53,805 bases of DNA from Rhodospirillales bacterium (GTDB taxonomy: Bacteria > Pseudomonadota > Alphaproteobacteria > Rhodospirillales > UBA2165): positions 9,078 to 62,882 of the forward strand of contig JAPPFK010000081.1 of NCBI GenBank assembly GCA_028823885.1. Reading direction: 5' to 3'. The notes under the pieces were generated by a model. The model ran no database searches and had not been told where the DNA came from. It was given only the letters and a program-made list of their open reading frames with translations. Position numbers and translations under genes: made by a program. Positions 21,364 through 31,866 of the stretch are shown here, one piece after another (the stretch's first letter is position 1; each line of letters starts with the position of its first letter).

Positions 21364-24300
21364 ACGGCGCACACGAAGGGCCGGCGGCCGATCTCGCCAC
21401 CGTCAGGCAAAGAGAAGCCGCCCGGCCGGATTTCTCCGTCTGGGTGTCTGCGTCGGCGGGCACGGGCAAAACCAAGGTGCTGACCGATCGGGTGCTGAGC
21501 CTGCTGCTCGAAGGGACGCCGCCGGAGCGTCTGTTGTGCTTGACGTTCACCCGGGCGGCGGCGGCTGAAATGGCCGGCCGGATCGCCGAACAGCTTGGCC
21601 AATGGACGATGGCGCCGGACGAAGAGCTCAAGAAGGCGCTGACGTCGCTGACCGGCGGGCAGCCCGACGAGGATACCTGCCGCCGGGCCCGGCGCCTGTT
21701 CGCGGCGGTCCTGGATACGCCGGGGGGGATGCGTATCGAAACCATACACGCCTTCTGCCAATCGCTGCTGCGCCGGTTTCCAATCGAGGCGCAAATCGCG
21801 CCCCATTTTTCGTTGATGGACGAACGCGATGCGGAGGAAACCCTCGCCCTTGCCGAGGCGCATATTCTCAGCGAAGCGCAACAGGCCCAAGACCCCGGAT
21901 TGACCGATGCCCTCGCCGAAATTACCAGACATGTCTACGAGTTCGAATTTCCGGAACTGATTTCGACGCTGGCAGGCCGGCGGGGCCGGCTGCGGCGGAT
22001 GCTGGATCAGGCGGGAGGGCCCGCGCCCTTGAGCGATATGGTCCGCGATGCGCTCGGCCTGGCGCCCGGCGACACGATAGCGAGCCTGACCGAACAAGCG
22101 GTCGGCGACGCGGCTTTCGATCAGCTTGGCCTGAGAATGGCGGCGGAAGCGCTTCGACAGGGCACGGATTCCGAAGCCAAGGACGGTGAGATGCTTTCCG
22201 GCTGGCTGGACGCGGACCGGACCGGCCGGATCGCCGGGCTGACGCTGTATCTCGACTATTTTCTGACCCGGAAACATAGAGAAGAGGAGGTGGCCCCCCG
22301 TAAGCGGCTCATCAACAAACCGACCGCGGCGGCCGCGCCCGGCGCCGAGGACATCCTCGGGGCCGAGGCAGAACGGCTGACCCGGTTTGTCCTCAAGCGC
22401 CGGGCGGCGGAGACGGCAGGGGCAACCCGGGCGCTGACGGTGATTTCACAAACTCTCATCGATACGTATCAGCGGGAAAAGCGGTCCCGGGCGCTCCTCG
22501 ACTATGAAGACTTGATTCTCGATGCCGGGCGGCTTTTCGCGCGTCCCGGCATCTCGTCATGGGTCCTCTACAAGCTCGACGGCGGTCTCGACCACGTCCT
22601 GATCGACGAAGCCCAGGACACCAGCCCGGATCAGTGGTCCGTCGTCGATTCGATTGTCGACGAGTTCTTTGTCGGCGAGGGGGCCCGCGACCTGATTCGC
22701 ACCCTGTTCGCGGTCGGCGACGTGAAGCAGTCGATTTTCAGTTTCCAGGGCGCCGCGCCGGAAAATTTCGCCTCGGCACGGGATCGGCTGGCCGGGACGA
22801 TCCCCGGCGCCGGCGGTCAATGGTCGGATGTGGATCTGAATATTTCCTTCCGGTCCGTCGCACCGGTCCTTCGCGCCGTGGACGCCGTATTCGAGCAGGT
22901 CTCGGCCCGGGATGGGGTGGCGCTGGATGATCGCCCCATCGTGCACGAGGCGGCCCGCGAGGGAGATGGCGGTCTCGTGGAACTGTGGCCGCCCGTTCCG
23001 CCGCTGGAGTCCGATGAGACCGGAATCTGGAAACCGCCGGTCGAGGGGATCAGGGGCGGAACCCCCGAGGCCCGGCTTGCGGCCATCATGGCCGCCCGCA
23101 TTTCCCGGATGATCAACGATGGCGAGGTGCTCGAATCCGCGGGCCGTCCGATCGCCGCCGGCGACATCATGGTTTTGGTCAGGCGCCGGGGTCCTTTCGT
23201 GGATGATCTGGTGCGCGCGCTCAAGGCACTGGATATCGACGTCGCAGGCGTCGACCGATTGGTGCTCACCGAGCACATCGCGGTCATGGATTTGTTGGCG
23301 TTGGGCCGGTTTCTGCTTTTTCCCGAGGACGACCTCACCCTGGCGACAATATTCAAGAGCCCGATCGTGGGCTTGACCGAAGAGGAACTGTTCGAACTCG
23401 CCTATGACCGGAAAGGAAGCCTGTGGTCGGAACTCCAGTCCCGCCGGGAGTCCAGTCCGAGATTTGCCGCCGCCCACGAATTTCTGCGGGAACTGCTTGC
23501 CGCCGCCGATTACCTGCCGCCCTATGAGCTGTTTGCCGACATCCTTGGCGCAAGGGGCGGACGTCGCCGTCTGCTCGCCCGGCTGGGGCCCGAGGCGATT
23601 GATCCTCTGACCGAGTTTCTGAACCTCGCACTGGCTTTCGAACGAAGTCACACCCCGTCGCTTCAGGGATTTCTGCAATGGATGGAGGCCGGCGCGGTCG
23701 AGGTAAAGCGGGATTTGGACCAGGGGCGCGGCGGCGCGGTCCGGGTCATGACGGTTCACGGCGCCAAGGGCTTGCAGGCGCCCATCGTATTTCTGCCGGA
23801 TACGATGCAGGTGCCGCGTCCGGAGGGCGGCCTGCTATGGGGCGGCCGGGACGAGGGCGGCGCGGAATTCCTGCTGTGGCCGCCGCGCCGGGCGTTTCGC
23901 GAGACCGTCGGCGACCGGCTGGCGGAAGAGGCCCGCGTTGCCCAGCAGCGGGAATATCGGCGGCTGCTCTACGTCGCCATGACCCGGGCGGAAGACCGGC
24001 TCTACATCTGCGGCTGGGAGACGAAGAAAAAAGCGCCCGAGGGCAATTGGTACGAGTTGATCAGTCGGGCATTCGAGCCGCTTGCGGAGGCTGTCGACGA
24101 TCCGATTCTCGCCGAATGGGACAGTGAGCCGGAAAAGAAGATTCTTCGTCTCGCGGCGCCTCAAACGAAGGATGTCGAGAAGACCCCGGAGCCGCAAGAG
24201 CTCGATCCGATCCCGTTGCCCAGTTGGGCGGACGAGCCGCCGGCGCCGGAGCCCCCTCTGCCGCGGCCGCTCAGCCCGTCGCGGCCGGCGGATGACGATC

Positions 24301-24830
24301 CGCCGGTTCGGTCTCCGCTCGGGCAAGACGGCTCGGAGCGGTTTCGCCGCGGACTGTTGATCCACAGCCTTCTTCAGACGCTGCCGGACCTTCCGAGCGA
24401 ATCATGGCCCGGCGCCGCGGCGGCGTATTTGTCAGGCGCCGCGCAGGACCTCGACCGGGCGGACCGGGAACAGATTGCCCGCGAGACGTTGGCGGTCATG
24501 GAAGATCCGGCCGCGGCCCCGCTGTTTGGGGAAGGATCGCGCGCCGAGGTGCCGATTGTCGGCCTCGTGGGTGACCGGGCCGTCTCCGGTCAGATCGACC
24601 GAATCCTGATCGGCGAGGAAAAGGTCACGATTGTCGATTACAAAACCAATCGGCCGCCGCCCCGGTCACCGGAGGATGTGCCCCCGGCCTATTTGCGGCA
24701 GTTGGCAATCTACCGTTCCGTGGTTGCCGATATCTATGGGGATCGCGAAATCGCCTGCATCCTGCTTTGGACCGACGGCCCGATCGTTATGGAAATCCCC
24801 GGGGAACTTACGGATCGGTACGTCCCTTGA
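21360..24830 (+). CDS. addA: Double-strand break repair helicase/nuclease AddA
   Basis: SASAGTGKT, LIDEAQDT, VGDVKQSIFSFQGA, TVHGAKGLQAP, LYVAMTRA, GQIDR..VDYKT. Confidence 0.98.
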   Translation: MNGAHEGPAADLATVRQREAARPDFSVWVSASAGTGKTKVLTDRVLSLLLEGTPPERLLCLTFTRAAAAEMAGRIAEQLGQWTMAPDEELKKALTSLTGGQPDEDTCRRARRLFAAVLDTPGGMRIETIHAFCQSLLRRFPIEAQIAPHFSLMDERDAEETLALAEAHILSEAQQAQDPGLTDALAEITRHVYEFEFPELISTLAGRRGRLRRMLDQAGGPAPLSDMVRDALGLAPGDTIASLTEQAVGDAAFDQLGLRMAAEALRQGTDSEAKDGEMLSGWLDADRTGRIAGLTLYLDYFLTRKHREEEVAPRKRLINKPTAAAAPGAEDILGAEAERLTRFVLKRRAAETAGATRALTVISQTLIDTYQREKRSRALLDYEDLILDAGRLFARPGISSWVLYKLDGGLDHVLIDEAQDTSPDQWSVVDSIVDEFFVGEGARDLIRTLFAVGDVKQSIFSFQGAAPENFASARDRLAGTIPGAGGQWSDVDLNISFRSVAPVLRAVDAVFEQVSARDGVALDDRPIVHEAAREGDGGLVELWPPVPPLESDETGIWKPPVEGIRGGTPEARLAAIMAARISRMINDGEVLESAGRPIAAGDIMVLVRRRGPFVDDLVRALKALDIDVAGVDRLVLTEHIAVMDLLALGRFLLFPEDDLTLATIFKSPIVGLTEEELFELAYDRKGSLWSELQSRRESSPRFAAAHEFLRELLAAADYLPPYELFADILGARGGRRRLLARLGPEAIDPLTEFLNLALAFERSHTPSLQGFLQWMEAGAVEVKRDLDQGRGGAVRVMTVHGAKGLQAPIVFLPDTMQVPRPEGGLLWGGRDEGGAEFLLWPPRRAFRETVGDRLAEEARVAQQREYRRLLYVAMTRAEDRLYICGWETKKKAPEGNWYELISRAFEPLAEAVDDPILAEWDSEPEKKILRLAAPQTKDVEKTPEPQELDPIPLPSWADEPPAPEPPLPRPLSPSRPADDDPPVRSPLGQDGSERFRRGLLIHSLLQTLPDLPSESWPGAAAAYLSGAAQDLDRADREQIARETLAVMEDPAAAPLFGEGSRAEVPIVGLVGDRAVSGQIDRILIGEEKVTIVDYKTNRPPPRSPEDVPPAYLRQLAIYRSVVADIYGDREIACILLWTDGPIVMEIPGELTDRYVP

Positions 24831-24921
24831 CGGGCATTCGGGCCGAACATAGATTGGCTCCATCATCCAAAATATCCCTCGCGAGCGGCATCGCTGTGCG
24901 GCGTTGGAAAGGAAACATGTT

Positions 24922-25239
24922 ATGGCCAAAGAAGTAAGCGATTCGTCGTTCGACTCGGATGTGCTTCAGGCATCCGGCCCCGTGCTGGTGGATTTCTGGG
25001 CCGAGTGGTGCGGTCCCTGTAAGCAGATCGCCCCGTCCCTCGAGGAAATCGGCACCGAACTTGGCGACAAGCTCACGATTGCCAAGGTGAATATCGACGA
25101 CAATCCGGAGACGCCCTCCAAATACGGCGTGCGCGGAATTCCGACGTTGATGCTTTTCAAGGACGGCGAGGTCGCTTCCATGAAAGTCGGCGCGCTGCCC
25201 AAGAGCAAGCTCATGGAATGGGTTGAATCGGTCATCTGA
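24922..25239 (+). CDS. trxA: Thioredoxin
   Basis: [19 protein letters not shown]; follows addA. Confidence 0.98.
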   Translation: MAKEVSDSSFDSDVLQASGPVLVDFWAEWCGPCKQIAPSLEEIGTELGDKLTIAKVNIDDNPETPSKYGVRGIPTLMLFKDGEVASMKVGALPKSKLMEWVESVI

Positions 25240-25267
25240 AGCCGATTGCGGTCCGCCGTTCATCGAG

Positions 25268-25291
25268 ACCCCGCCCTGGTGGCGGGGTTTT
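25268..25291 (+). terminator. Rho-independent terminator between convergent trxA and folC
   Basis: ACCCCGCC-ctggt-GGCGGGGT followed by TTT. Confidence 0.75.
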
Positions 25292-25308
25292 GCTTGGGAC
25301 ACGCCGGT

Positions 25309-26589
25309 TCAGGCGTGAGTCTTGAGGATTTCGCCCGCCAGATAGAGTGATCCGCAAATCAGGATTCTGCCCGGGCGATCCAGGCGGGATGGAATTCCTT
25401 GTACGGCCGGACGGGGTCCGCCGGATTCGAGCGCGGTCATGCCGGCTGCCGTTGCCTGCCTGGCCAGGTCTTCGGCGGACCAAGCGCCGTCTTCACCGGG
25501 AATTTTCACCGCCAAGGCGAGTTGAACGTGGGGCGCGAGCGGTTCAAGAAACGCCCGCGGTTCCTTGGACTTCAGCATGCCGACCATCAGCGCCAGCGGA
25601 CGGTCTTTCCAGCGCGCCGCCTGTCGGGCCAAGGCTAACCCGGCGGCGCCGTTGTGCCCCCCATCCACCCAGATTTCCCACCCGGGCGGGAGTTCGTCCA
25701 CTAGCGGCCCTTTCGTCAGCCGTTGGAGGCGGCCGGGCCAGTCGGCGCCGTCGAGGCCCTTGGTGATGGCTGCGTCGGAAACCGGGAATCCGCCAAGCGA
25801 GTCGAGGCACGCGATTGCCTGGGCGGCATTGTCGATCTGGTGATCGCCGGCGAGTATGGGGACGGGTAAGTCCCGGAGTTTGCCGGGTGTCCTGACGGCC
25901 ATCCGGGCCCCTTTCCGCTCGATGGACCAATCCCGCCCCGATACCAATAGTTTGGCGCCGATTTCGTCCGCCTTTCTCCCAATAACCTGCATCGCTTCAT
26001 CCGGCTGCCGGGCGACGATGCACGGCACGCCGGGTCTCATGATGGCGGCTTTCTCACCGGCAATCCCGCTCAGCTCATTTCCCAGATACCCCTGGTGATC
26101 CAGGGAGATCGGGGTCAACGCCGTCACGGCGGGCGCGTCGAGAACGTTCGTCGCATCCAGACGGCCTCCGAGACCGGTTTCGATGAGCGCCAGGTCCGCG
26201 GATGTCCTCGAAAATGCGAGGTAGGCGATGGCGGTGGTTATCTCGAAAAAAGTGATGGGGTCGTCACCCGCCGTCGCCTCGCACTCCTCCAGCAGTTCGA
26301 GCAGCTGATTGTCGGCAATCAAATTTCCGGCAATGCGAATTCGTTCATTGAAGCGTATCAGGTGAGGCGAGGTGTAAACGTGAACCTTGAGACCGGCGGC
26401 TTCGGCGAACGCGCGCAGGAAGGCGATAACCGAGCCCTTTCCGTTGGTGCCGGCCACATGGACCGCCGGCGGCAGCTTGTGTTCCGGGTGATCCAGCCGA
26501 TCGAGCAGGAGCTGGATCCGGTCCAGGGAGAGATCGATCACCTTGGGGTGACGCCGGTTAAGCCGGTCGATAAGGGAGGTTGCGGTCAC
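25309..26589 (-). CDS. folC: Dihydrofolate/folylpolyglutamate synthase
   Basis: HVAGTNGKGS, YTSPHL.RFNERI, ETGLGGRLDATN, WPGRLQ, VDGGHN, CGSLYLAG. Confidence 0.98.
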   Translation of the reverse strand: MTATSLIDRLNRRHPKVIDLSLDRIQLLLDRLDHPEHKLPPAVHVAGTNGKGSVIAFLRAFAEAAGLKVHVYTSPHLIRFNERIRIAGNLIADNQLLELLEECEATAGDDPITFFEITTAIAYLAFSRTSADLALIETGLGGRLDATNVLDAPAVTALTPISLDHQGYLGNELSGIAGEKAAIMRPGVPCIVARQPDEAMQVIGRKADEIGAKLLVSGRDWSIERKGARMAVRTPGKLRDLPVPILAGDHQIDNAAQAIACLDSLGGFPVSDAAITKGLDGADWPGRLQRLTKGPLVDELPPGWEIWVDGGHNGAAGLALARQAARWKDRPLALMVGMLKSKEPRAFLEPLAPHVQLALAVKIPGEDGAWSAEDLARQATAAGMTALESGGPRPAVQGIPSRLDRPGRILICGSLYLAGEILKTHA

Positions 26590-26611
26590 GGCGGCGCGCC
26601 CGGAAATTCGG

Positions 26612-27430
26612 CTAGCTCTTCAATCCGCCCGCCAGGTCCCTGACCAGTCCGAGGACGGCATCCCGGCACGCGCCCGCCGCCGGCCCGTCGCCGTTCAGAT
26701 TTTCCTCGATTTGAGAGACCAAGGCGGAACCGACCACGACGGCATCGGCAAACCTGCCGATTTCGGCTGCCTGCGCCGGGGTCTTGATGCCAAATCCGAC
26801 GGCAATCGGCAGGCTGGTGTGGCGGCGAATTCGCTCAACGGCTGTTTCGACTGCACCGGCGCTGGCCGATTTCGTGCCGGTAATTCCCGTTATCGAGACA
26901 TAGTAGATGAACCCCCCGGCGTGTTCGACCACATGGGGCAGACGGTCGTCACCGGTGGTCGGCGCGGTCAGGTAAATGAAGTCCAGCCCGGCGGCCTTGA
27001 CAGGTTTCTGAAGCTCGGTCTCCTCGGGCGGCAGGTCGACGACAATCAAGCCGTCGACGCCGGCGCTCTTGGCATCGGCCATGAACTTTTCGGGTCCGTA
27101 GGCGTAGATGGGGTTGTAGTAACCCATCAGGATGACGGGCGTCTGTCCGTCGTTATTTCGGAACGACGCCACCATTTCCAGGGTTTGCTTCATGTTGGCG
27201 CCGTTCTTGAGCGCCCGCAGGCTTGCCGCCTGAATGGCCGGCCCGTCGGCCATGGGATCGGAAAACGGCATTCCCAATTCGATGAGATCGGCGCCGGCCT
27301 CGGGGAGCGCATCCAATATGGATTGCGAGGTCCCGCGGTCCGGATCGCCTGCGGTAATGAACGTGACCAGCCCCGGACGGTTCTCCGATTTCAGCCGGTC
27401 AAATCGGGCGGATATTCGCGAACCGCTCAT
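26612..27430 (-). CDS. trpA: Tryptophan synthase alpha chain
   Basis: [39 protein letters not shown]; ATG 27430 overlaps the trpB stop. Confidence 0.98.
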   Translation of the reverse strand: MSGSRISARFDRLKSENRPGLVTFITAGDPDRGTSQSILDALPEAGADLIELGMPFSDPMADGPAIQAASLRALKNGANMKQTLEMVASFRNNDGQTPVILMGYYNPIYAYGPEKFMADAKSAGVDGLIVVDLPPEETELQKPVKAAGLDFIYLTAPTTGDDRLPHVVEHAGGFIYYVSITGITGTKSASAGAVETAVERIRRHTSLPIAVGFGIKTPAQAAEIGRFADAVVVGSALVSQIEENLNGDGPAAGACRDAVLGLVRDLAGGLKS

Positions 27431-28641
27431 GACTCCCGTGCTTTCAGGTAAGCGCCGACGGATTCGAGGTCTTTGTCGCCCCGTCCGCTCATGTTTATGA
27501 CCATCAGGTGGTCCGGGGCGAGCCCGGGGGCGATTTTTGCCGCATGGGCCACCGCGTGGGCGGATTCGAGGGCCGGAATGATTCCCTCGGCCTCGGTGCA
27601 AAGCTGAAAGGCGTCCACGGCCTCATCGTCCCGGATGGACACGTACTCGACGCGGCCAAGGTCATGGAGCCAGGCGTGTTCAGGCCCGATGCCCGGATAA
27701 TCCAGACCGGCCGAGATACTATGGGCTTCGGTAATCTGGCCGTCGTCGTCCTGCAGCAAATAGGTTCGGTTGCCGTGCAGGACGCCGGGCTCTCCCGCGG
27801 TCAGGCTGGCGGCGTGCTTGCCGGTCTCGATCCCTTCGCCCGAGGCTTCCACGGCAATAATCCGGACCTCCTCGTCATCGAGGAACGGATGAAACATGCC
27901 GATTGCGTTCGATCCGCCGCCGATGCAGGCGAGAAGCGTATCGGGGTTTCGTCCCTCGATTTCATTTATCTGCGCCTTTGTCTCGTCGCCGATCACCGAT
28001 TGGTAGTCCCGAACCATGGTCGGATAGGGGTGCGGTCCGGCCACGGTTCCGATCAGGTAGTAGGTATCTTCGACCGTTGCCACCCAGTCGCGGAGCGCAT
28101 CGTTCATGGCATCTTTCAGGGTTCCGGAGCCCGACGTTACCGGCCGGACTTCGGCGCCGAGCATCTTCATCCGACATACGTTGGGCGCTTGCCGCTCGAT
28201 GTCGATCTCGCCCATGTAGACAACGCATTCGAGACCGAACAAGGCGCACACGGTAGCGGTGGCGACGCCGTGCTGACCGGCGCCGGTTTCGGCGATGATC
28301 CGGCGCTTGCCCATCCGTTTGGCGAGCAGAATTTGTCCCATGCAATTGTTGATCTTGTGGGCGCCGGTATGATTGAGGTCCTCGCGCTTGAAGTAGATCC
28401 GCGCGCCCCCCAACTGTTCGGTCAAGCGTTCGGCGAAGTAGAGCGGCGTCGGCCGGCCCACGTAACTCGTCAAATAAGAGTTCAGTTCCGCCCGGAACGC
28501 CGGGTCATTGCGGGCCTCGTCATAGGCTCGCTCGACATCGAGAATGAGGGGCATCAAGGTCTCGGCGACGTATCGGCCGCCATAGAGTCCAAAATGCCCG
28601 TCGCTGTCGGGACCTCGCTGGTAGGTGTTGGGCTTGGTCAT
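27427..28641 (-). CDS. trpB: Tryptophan synthase beta chain
   Basis: [15 protein letters not shown] (PLP Lys), [24 protein letters not shown]. Confidence 0.99.
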   Translation of the reverse strand: MTKPNTYQRGPDSDGHFGLYGGRYVAETLMPLILDVERAYDEARNDPAFRAELNSYLTSYVGRPTPLYFAERLTEQLGGARIYFKREDLNHTGAHKINNCMGQILLAKRMGKRRIIAETGAGQHGVATATVCALFGLECVVYMGEIDIERQAPNVCRMKMLGAEVRPVTSGSGTLKDAMNDALRDWVATVEDTYYLIGTVAGPHPYPTMVRDYQSVIGDETKAQINEIEGRNPDTLLACIGGGSNAIGMFHPFLDDEEVRIIAVEASGEGIETGKHAASLTAGEPGVLHGNRTYLLQDDDGQITEAHSISAGLDYPGIGPEHAWLHDLGRVEYVSIRDDEAVDAFQLCTEAEGIIPALESAHAVAHAAKIAPGLAPDHLMVINMSGRGDKDLESVGAYLKARES

Positions 28642-28709
28642 GCCGTGGTCGTGGCCCTGCTTTCCTGATTGGCCGCTAATAAACCACACCGTTGCCGGTG
28701 CAACGAGGG

Positions 28710-29393
28710 TTATTTCATAGTCCGTGCGTCGATCGGCACGGATCGGGCCGCGCCGATAAACCGTTGAATTTTATCGACGTTTTTCACACCCGGCCGGTCC
28801 TCGACCCCGGACGACACGTCAACGGCCCTGGCGCCCGAAATTTGGACGGCCTGGGCCACGTTCTGGTCGGTCAGACCGCCCGCAAGCATCCAGGGCGCGA
28901 CGATCCGGCGTTTCGACAGCAACCGCCAATCGAACATCAGCGCGTTGCCGCCGGGAAGCGCATCCGTCATATCCGTGGGCGGTTTGGTGTCGAAGAGAAA
29001 GCGGTCCGCGATGCCCCGGAAATCGTCGGCGCGTTCGAGGTCGGCCGCGCCGGCCACGGAAATCACCTTCATGACCGGGAGGCGCGTACGTTCCTTGATC
29101 TCTCCGACCCGGTCCGGTGTCTCACCGCCATGGAGCTGGAGGAGGTCCAGGGAGGTTGCTTCAAGGACGCTGTCGATCTGTTCGTCGCTGGGGTCGACGA
29201 ACAACCCCACCCGGACCACGCCCTTTGGAACCAGCCCGGTGAGCTCGGCTGCACGGGCAGGGCTCAGATTTCTCGGTGAAGGCGGGTAGAAGGCAAACCC
29301 AATATAGTCCGCCCCGGCCGCCGCCGCGGCGGCGACGGATTCCGGGCGGTCAAGGCCGCAAATCTTTACCTCAAGCGGCCTCGGCGAGTTCAT
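28710..29393 (-). CDS. trpF: Phosphoribosylanthranilate isomerase
   Basis: [17 protein letters not shown]...[16 protein letters not shown]. Confidence 0.97.
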   Translation of the reverse strand: MNSPRPLEVKICGLDRPESVAAAAAAGADYIGFAFYPPSPRNLSPARAAELTGLVPKGVVRVGLFVDPSDEQIDSVLEATSLDLLQLHGGETPDRVGEIKERTRLPVMKVISVAGAADLERADDFRGIADRFLFDTKPPTDMTDALPGGNALMFDWRLLSKRRIVAPWMLAGGLTDQNVAQAVQISGARAVDVSSGVEDRPGVKNVDKIQRFIGAARSVPIDARTMK

Positions 29394-30096
29394 CTCGGAT
29401 CCGGCCTGCGGCCTCCGCGGGATCGGCGGCGCCGGTGATCGGCCGCCCGATCACCAGGTAATCCGCCCCGCGGCCGACGGCATCCGCGGGTGTGAGAACG
29501 CGTTTCTGGTCGTCCGCGGACGCCCAGACGGGCCGGATTCCAGGCACCACGAGTTTGAAATCCGGACCGCATTGCGCCCGCAGGGTTTCGATTTCGCGCC
29601 CCGAACAGACGACGCCGTCCAATCCGCTCTCCTGGGTGAGGGCTGCCAACCGCTTGACCTGATCCGGCGTCGGATCGGAGATGCCGGTGTCCTTGAGGTC
29701 GTCATCGTCAAGCGACGTGAGCACGGTGACGCCGAGCACCAAGGGCTTCCGAAGTCCGATCTTCGATGCCGTTTCCCCGGCCGCATCCAATGCCGCCCTC
29801 ATCATGGCGCGGCCGCCCGCGGCATGAACGTTAAGCATGTATGGTTTCATCTTGACCGCGCTTCGCACGGCGCCGGCAACGGTGTTCGGGATGTCGTGAA
29901 ATTTGAGGTCGAGAAACAGCGGTATATTTCCACCGGTGATCTCCAAAACCGCTTCAGGCCCCAGCGCCGTGAACAACTCCTTGCCGACCTTCACGCCGCC
30001 GACGTGACCAGCAACATCGGACGCAATCGCCTTGGCGCGGCCGAGGTCCGGCGTATCAAGAGGGACAAAGACGCGTTCATGAGGCGGCAGGGTCAT
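29371..30096 (-). CDS. pyrF: Orotidine-5'-phosphate decarboxylase
   Basis: FLDLKFHDIPNTV, VTVLTS, VPGIRP, DDQKR, LVIGRPIT. Confidence 0.98.
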   Translation of the reverse strand: MTLPPHERVFVPLDTPDLGRAKAIASDVAGHVGGVKVGKELFTALGPEAVLEITGGNIPLFLDLKFHDIPNTVAGAVRSAVKMKPYMLNVHAAGGRAMMRAALDAAGETASKIGLRKPLVLGVTVLTSLDDDDLKDTGISDPTPDQVKRLAALTQESGLDGVVCSGREIETLRAQCGPDFKLVVPGIRPVWASADDQKRVLTPADAVGRGADYLVIGRPITGAADPAEAAGRIRDELAEAA

Positions 30097-30190
30097 TGGC
30101 AATGCTCCAGGCTTGGCGGGGTCGCCGTCTTATACAGCCCCCGAGGTTGCGGCGCTAGCCGGATCGAATGACCCTGGGGAGAAATGCGGG

Positions 30191-30511
30191 TTACGCCGAG
30201 GGGCTGTTGCCGCTCTTGTCGAGTTCGTCGATCTTGGATTTGAGCGTTTCCAGGTCCTTTTCGAGGGTATCGGCGCGCCGATGTTCCTGACGGGCCCTGC
30301 GGCGCGTTCCGCCGGCGGACAGCCAGGTTATGATGCCCCCGCAGACGAACCCGACGAATGCCGCGCAGAGGACAACGGCAAAACTCGGAACGACCGGTGC
30401 GAACGGGAATGGCCAGAGGTCGATCTCCAGCGGAGATCGATTGGCGACGGCGAATACGATAATTGCCAGGCCAATGACCACCATGGCGATCCAGGAAAGG
30501 ACACGGATCAA
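30191..30511 (-). CDS. lapA: LapA (DUF1049) family membrane protein
   Basis: Two TM segments with FAVANR and a basic coiled tail; typical ihfB-lapA-pyrF position. Confidence 0.85.
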   Translation of the reverse strand: MIRVLSWIAMVVIGLAIIVFAVANRSPLEIDLWPFPFAPVVPSFAVVLCAAFVGFVCGGIITWLSAGGTRRRARQEHRRADTLEKDLETLKSKIDELDKSGNSPSA

Positions 30512-30569
30512 AGAACTGGTCTCCCTGCGGCAAGCCGTCGCACCCCGACCCTCCTGGGCCGGCGGCGGC

Positions 30570-30848
30570 TCAGGAGTTGATCATTTCCCTGAGTTGCTTT
30601 CCAGTCTTGAAATAGGGAACGCGCTTCGCCGCAACCTGCACCGCCTCGCCGGTCCGGGGATTTCGCCCCACGCGCGAGTCGCGGTGTTTGACCGAAAATG
30701 CCCCGAAGCCGCGCAATTCGACCCGGTCTCCTCTCGCGAGGGCCGCGGCAATTTCGTCGAAGATTGTCGTTACGATTCGTTCTACGTCGCGCTGATAAAG
30801 ATGGGGGTTCTGTTCGGCCAGGTATGCGATGAGTTCGGATTTGGTCAT
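30570..30848 (-). CDS. ihfB: Integration host factor beta
   Basis: [33 protein letters not shown]. Confidence 0.97.
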   Translation of the reverse strand: MTKSELIAYLAEQNPHLYQRDVERIVTTIFDEIAAALARGDRVELRGFGAFSVKHRDSRVGRNPRTGEAVQVAAKRVPYFKTGKQLREMINS

Positions 30849-30928
30849 CTCGGTGCGTTCCTCCCCCGTCGCTGCCAATTCTCCGATGGCGAAGATATCG
30901 GCCGACGCTGCCAGACGCCGAACAAGGA

Positions 30929-31840
30929 TTATTTGAACTCAGGGTGCCAAAGGGAAATCAACCCGTCAAGTCTAAGTCGTTCAGAAAACAATGTTTTTCC
31001 GAATACATCGTCGAGCATGCCGCTCAGAATTCCGTCATCGCGGCGTGCTTTAACGGGTCGTACCGGCAGTGATGCGGCAATGCCGTGGGCCGAGGCCAGC
31101 CAGTCGCGAGCCTCCGCCTCGCCGCCGACGCTGTCGATGAGGCCCTGGCGAAGAGCCTGGCGTCCGGTGAATATCCGCCCGTCCGCCAACGGGGCCACCC
31201 GCTCCCTGCTCATCCGCCGCCGTTCGGCAACCATGCCGACAAATAGGTCATAAATGTCGGCGACCACCGCCTCGGTGGCGGCGCGGGCTTCTTCGGAGAA
31301 CGGCTCCAGCGGATTGGGCTGCGCCTTCAAGGGCGAACTCTTGACCGACTCCGGCTTCACGCCCAGTTTGTCCAGCAGGCCGGTGATGTCGGTGCTCTGC
31401 AAAATGACTCCGATGGACCCGGTGATCGAGCCTTCGCGGGCGATAATGTAATCGGCGCCGAGTGCCGACATGTACCCGGCCGAGGTCCCGAGTTCGCCGA
31501 TGACGGCAACCACGGGTTTTCTGTCGGCGACCAGCCGTAACGAACTGAAAAGCGCCTCTCCCCCGGCAACGGTGCCGCCGGGAGAATTGATCCGGACGAT
31601 GAGCGCCCGAGCCCTGCGGTCCGCGGCTACCCGGCGAAGCGCGGCATCCCGGGCCGGTTCTCCGAATATGACATTGGAGATTTCGATGGCGGCCACATAG
31701 GGCCCGCCGCCAATCCCGCCAAAGCGCCCGGCACCCACCGCCACCAGGGCGATGAGCGCCGCAACGGCGACGATCCGCCAGAAGCCGAGGCGGCGCTTAA
31801 GGCGGCGGCGGTCGACGATCCTGTCAGTGTCCAGCGCCAT
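30929..31840 (-). CDS. sppA: Signal peptide peptidase SppA (36K type)
   Basis: [31 protein letters not shown]. Confidence 0.95.
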   Translation of the reverse strand: MALDTDRIVDRRRLKRRLGFWRIVAVAALIALVAVGAGRFGGIGGGPYVAAIEISNVIFGEPARDAALRRVAADRRARALIVRINSPGGTVAGGEALFSSLRLVADRKPVVAVIGELGTSAGYMSALGADYIIAREGSITGSIGVILQSTDITGLLDKLGVKPESVKSSPLKAQPNPLEPFSEEARAATEAVVADIYDLFVGMVAERRRMSRERVAPLADGRIFTGRQALRQGLIDSVGGEAEARDWLASAHGIAASLPVRPVKARRDDGILSGMLDDVFGKTLFSERLRLDGLISLWHPEFK

Positions 31841-31866
31841 GGGCCCGCCCCATCCCCCGGACGCCG

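Noticed and set aside
8606-25239. chvIG-PTS-ahcY-tsaE-amgK-murU-addBA-trxA supercluster as a novel system
   Set aside because: This is well-known conserved alphaproteobacterial synteny.
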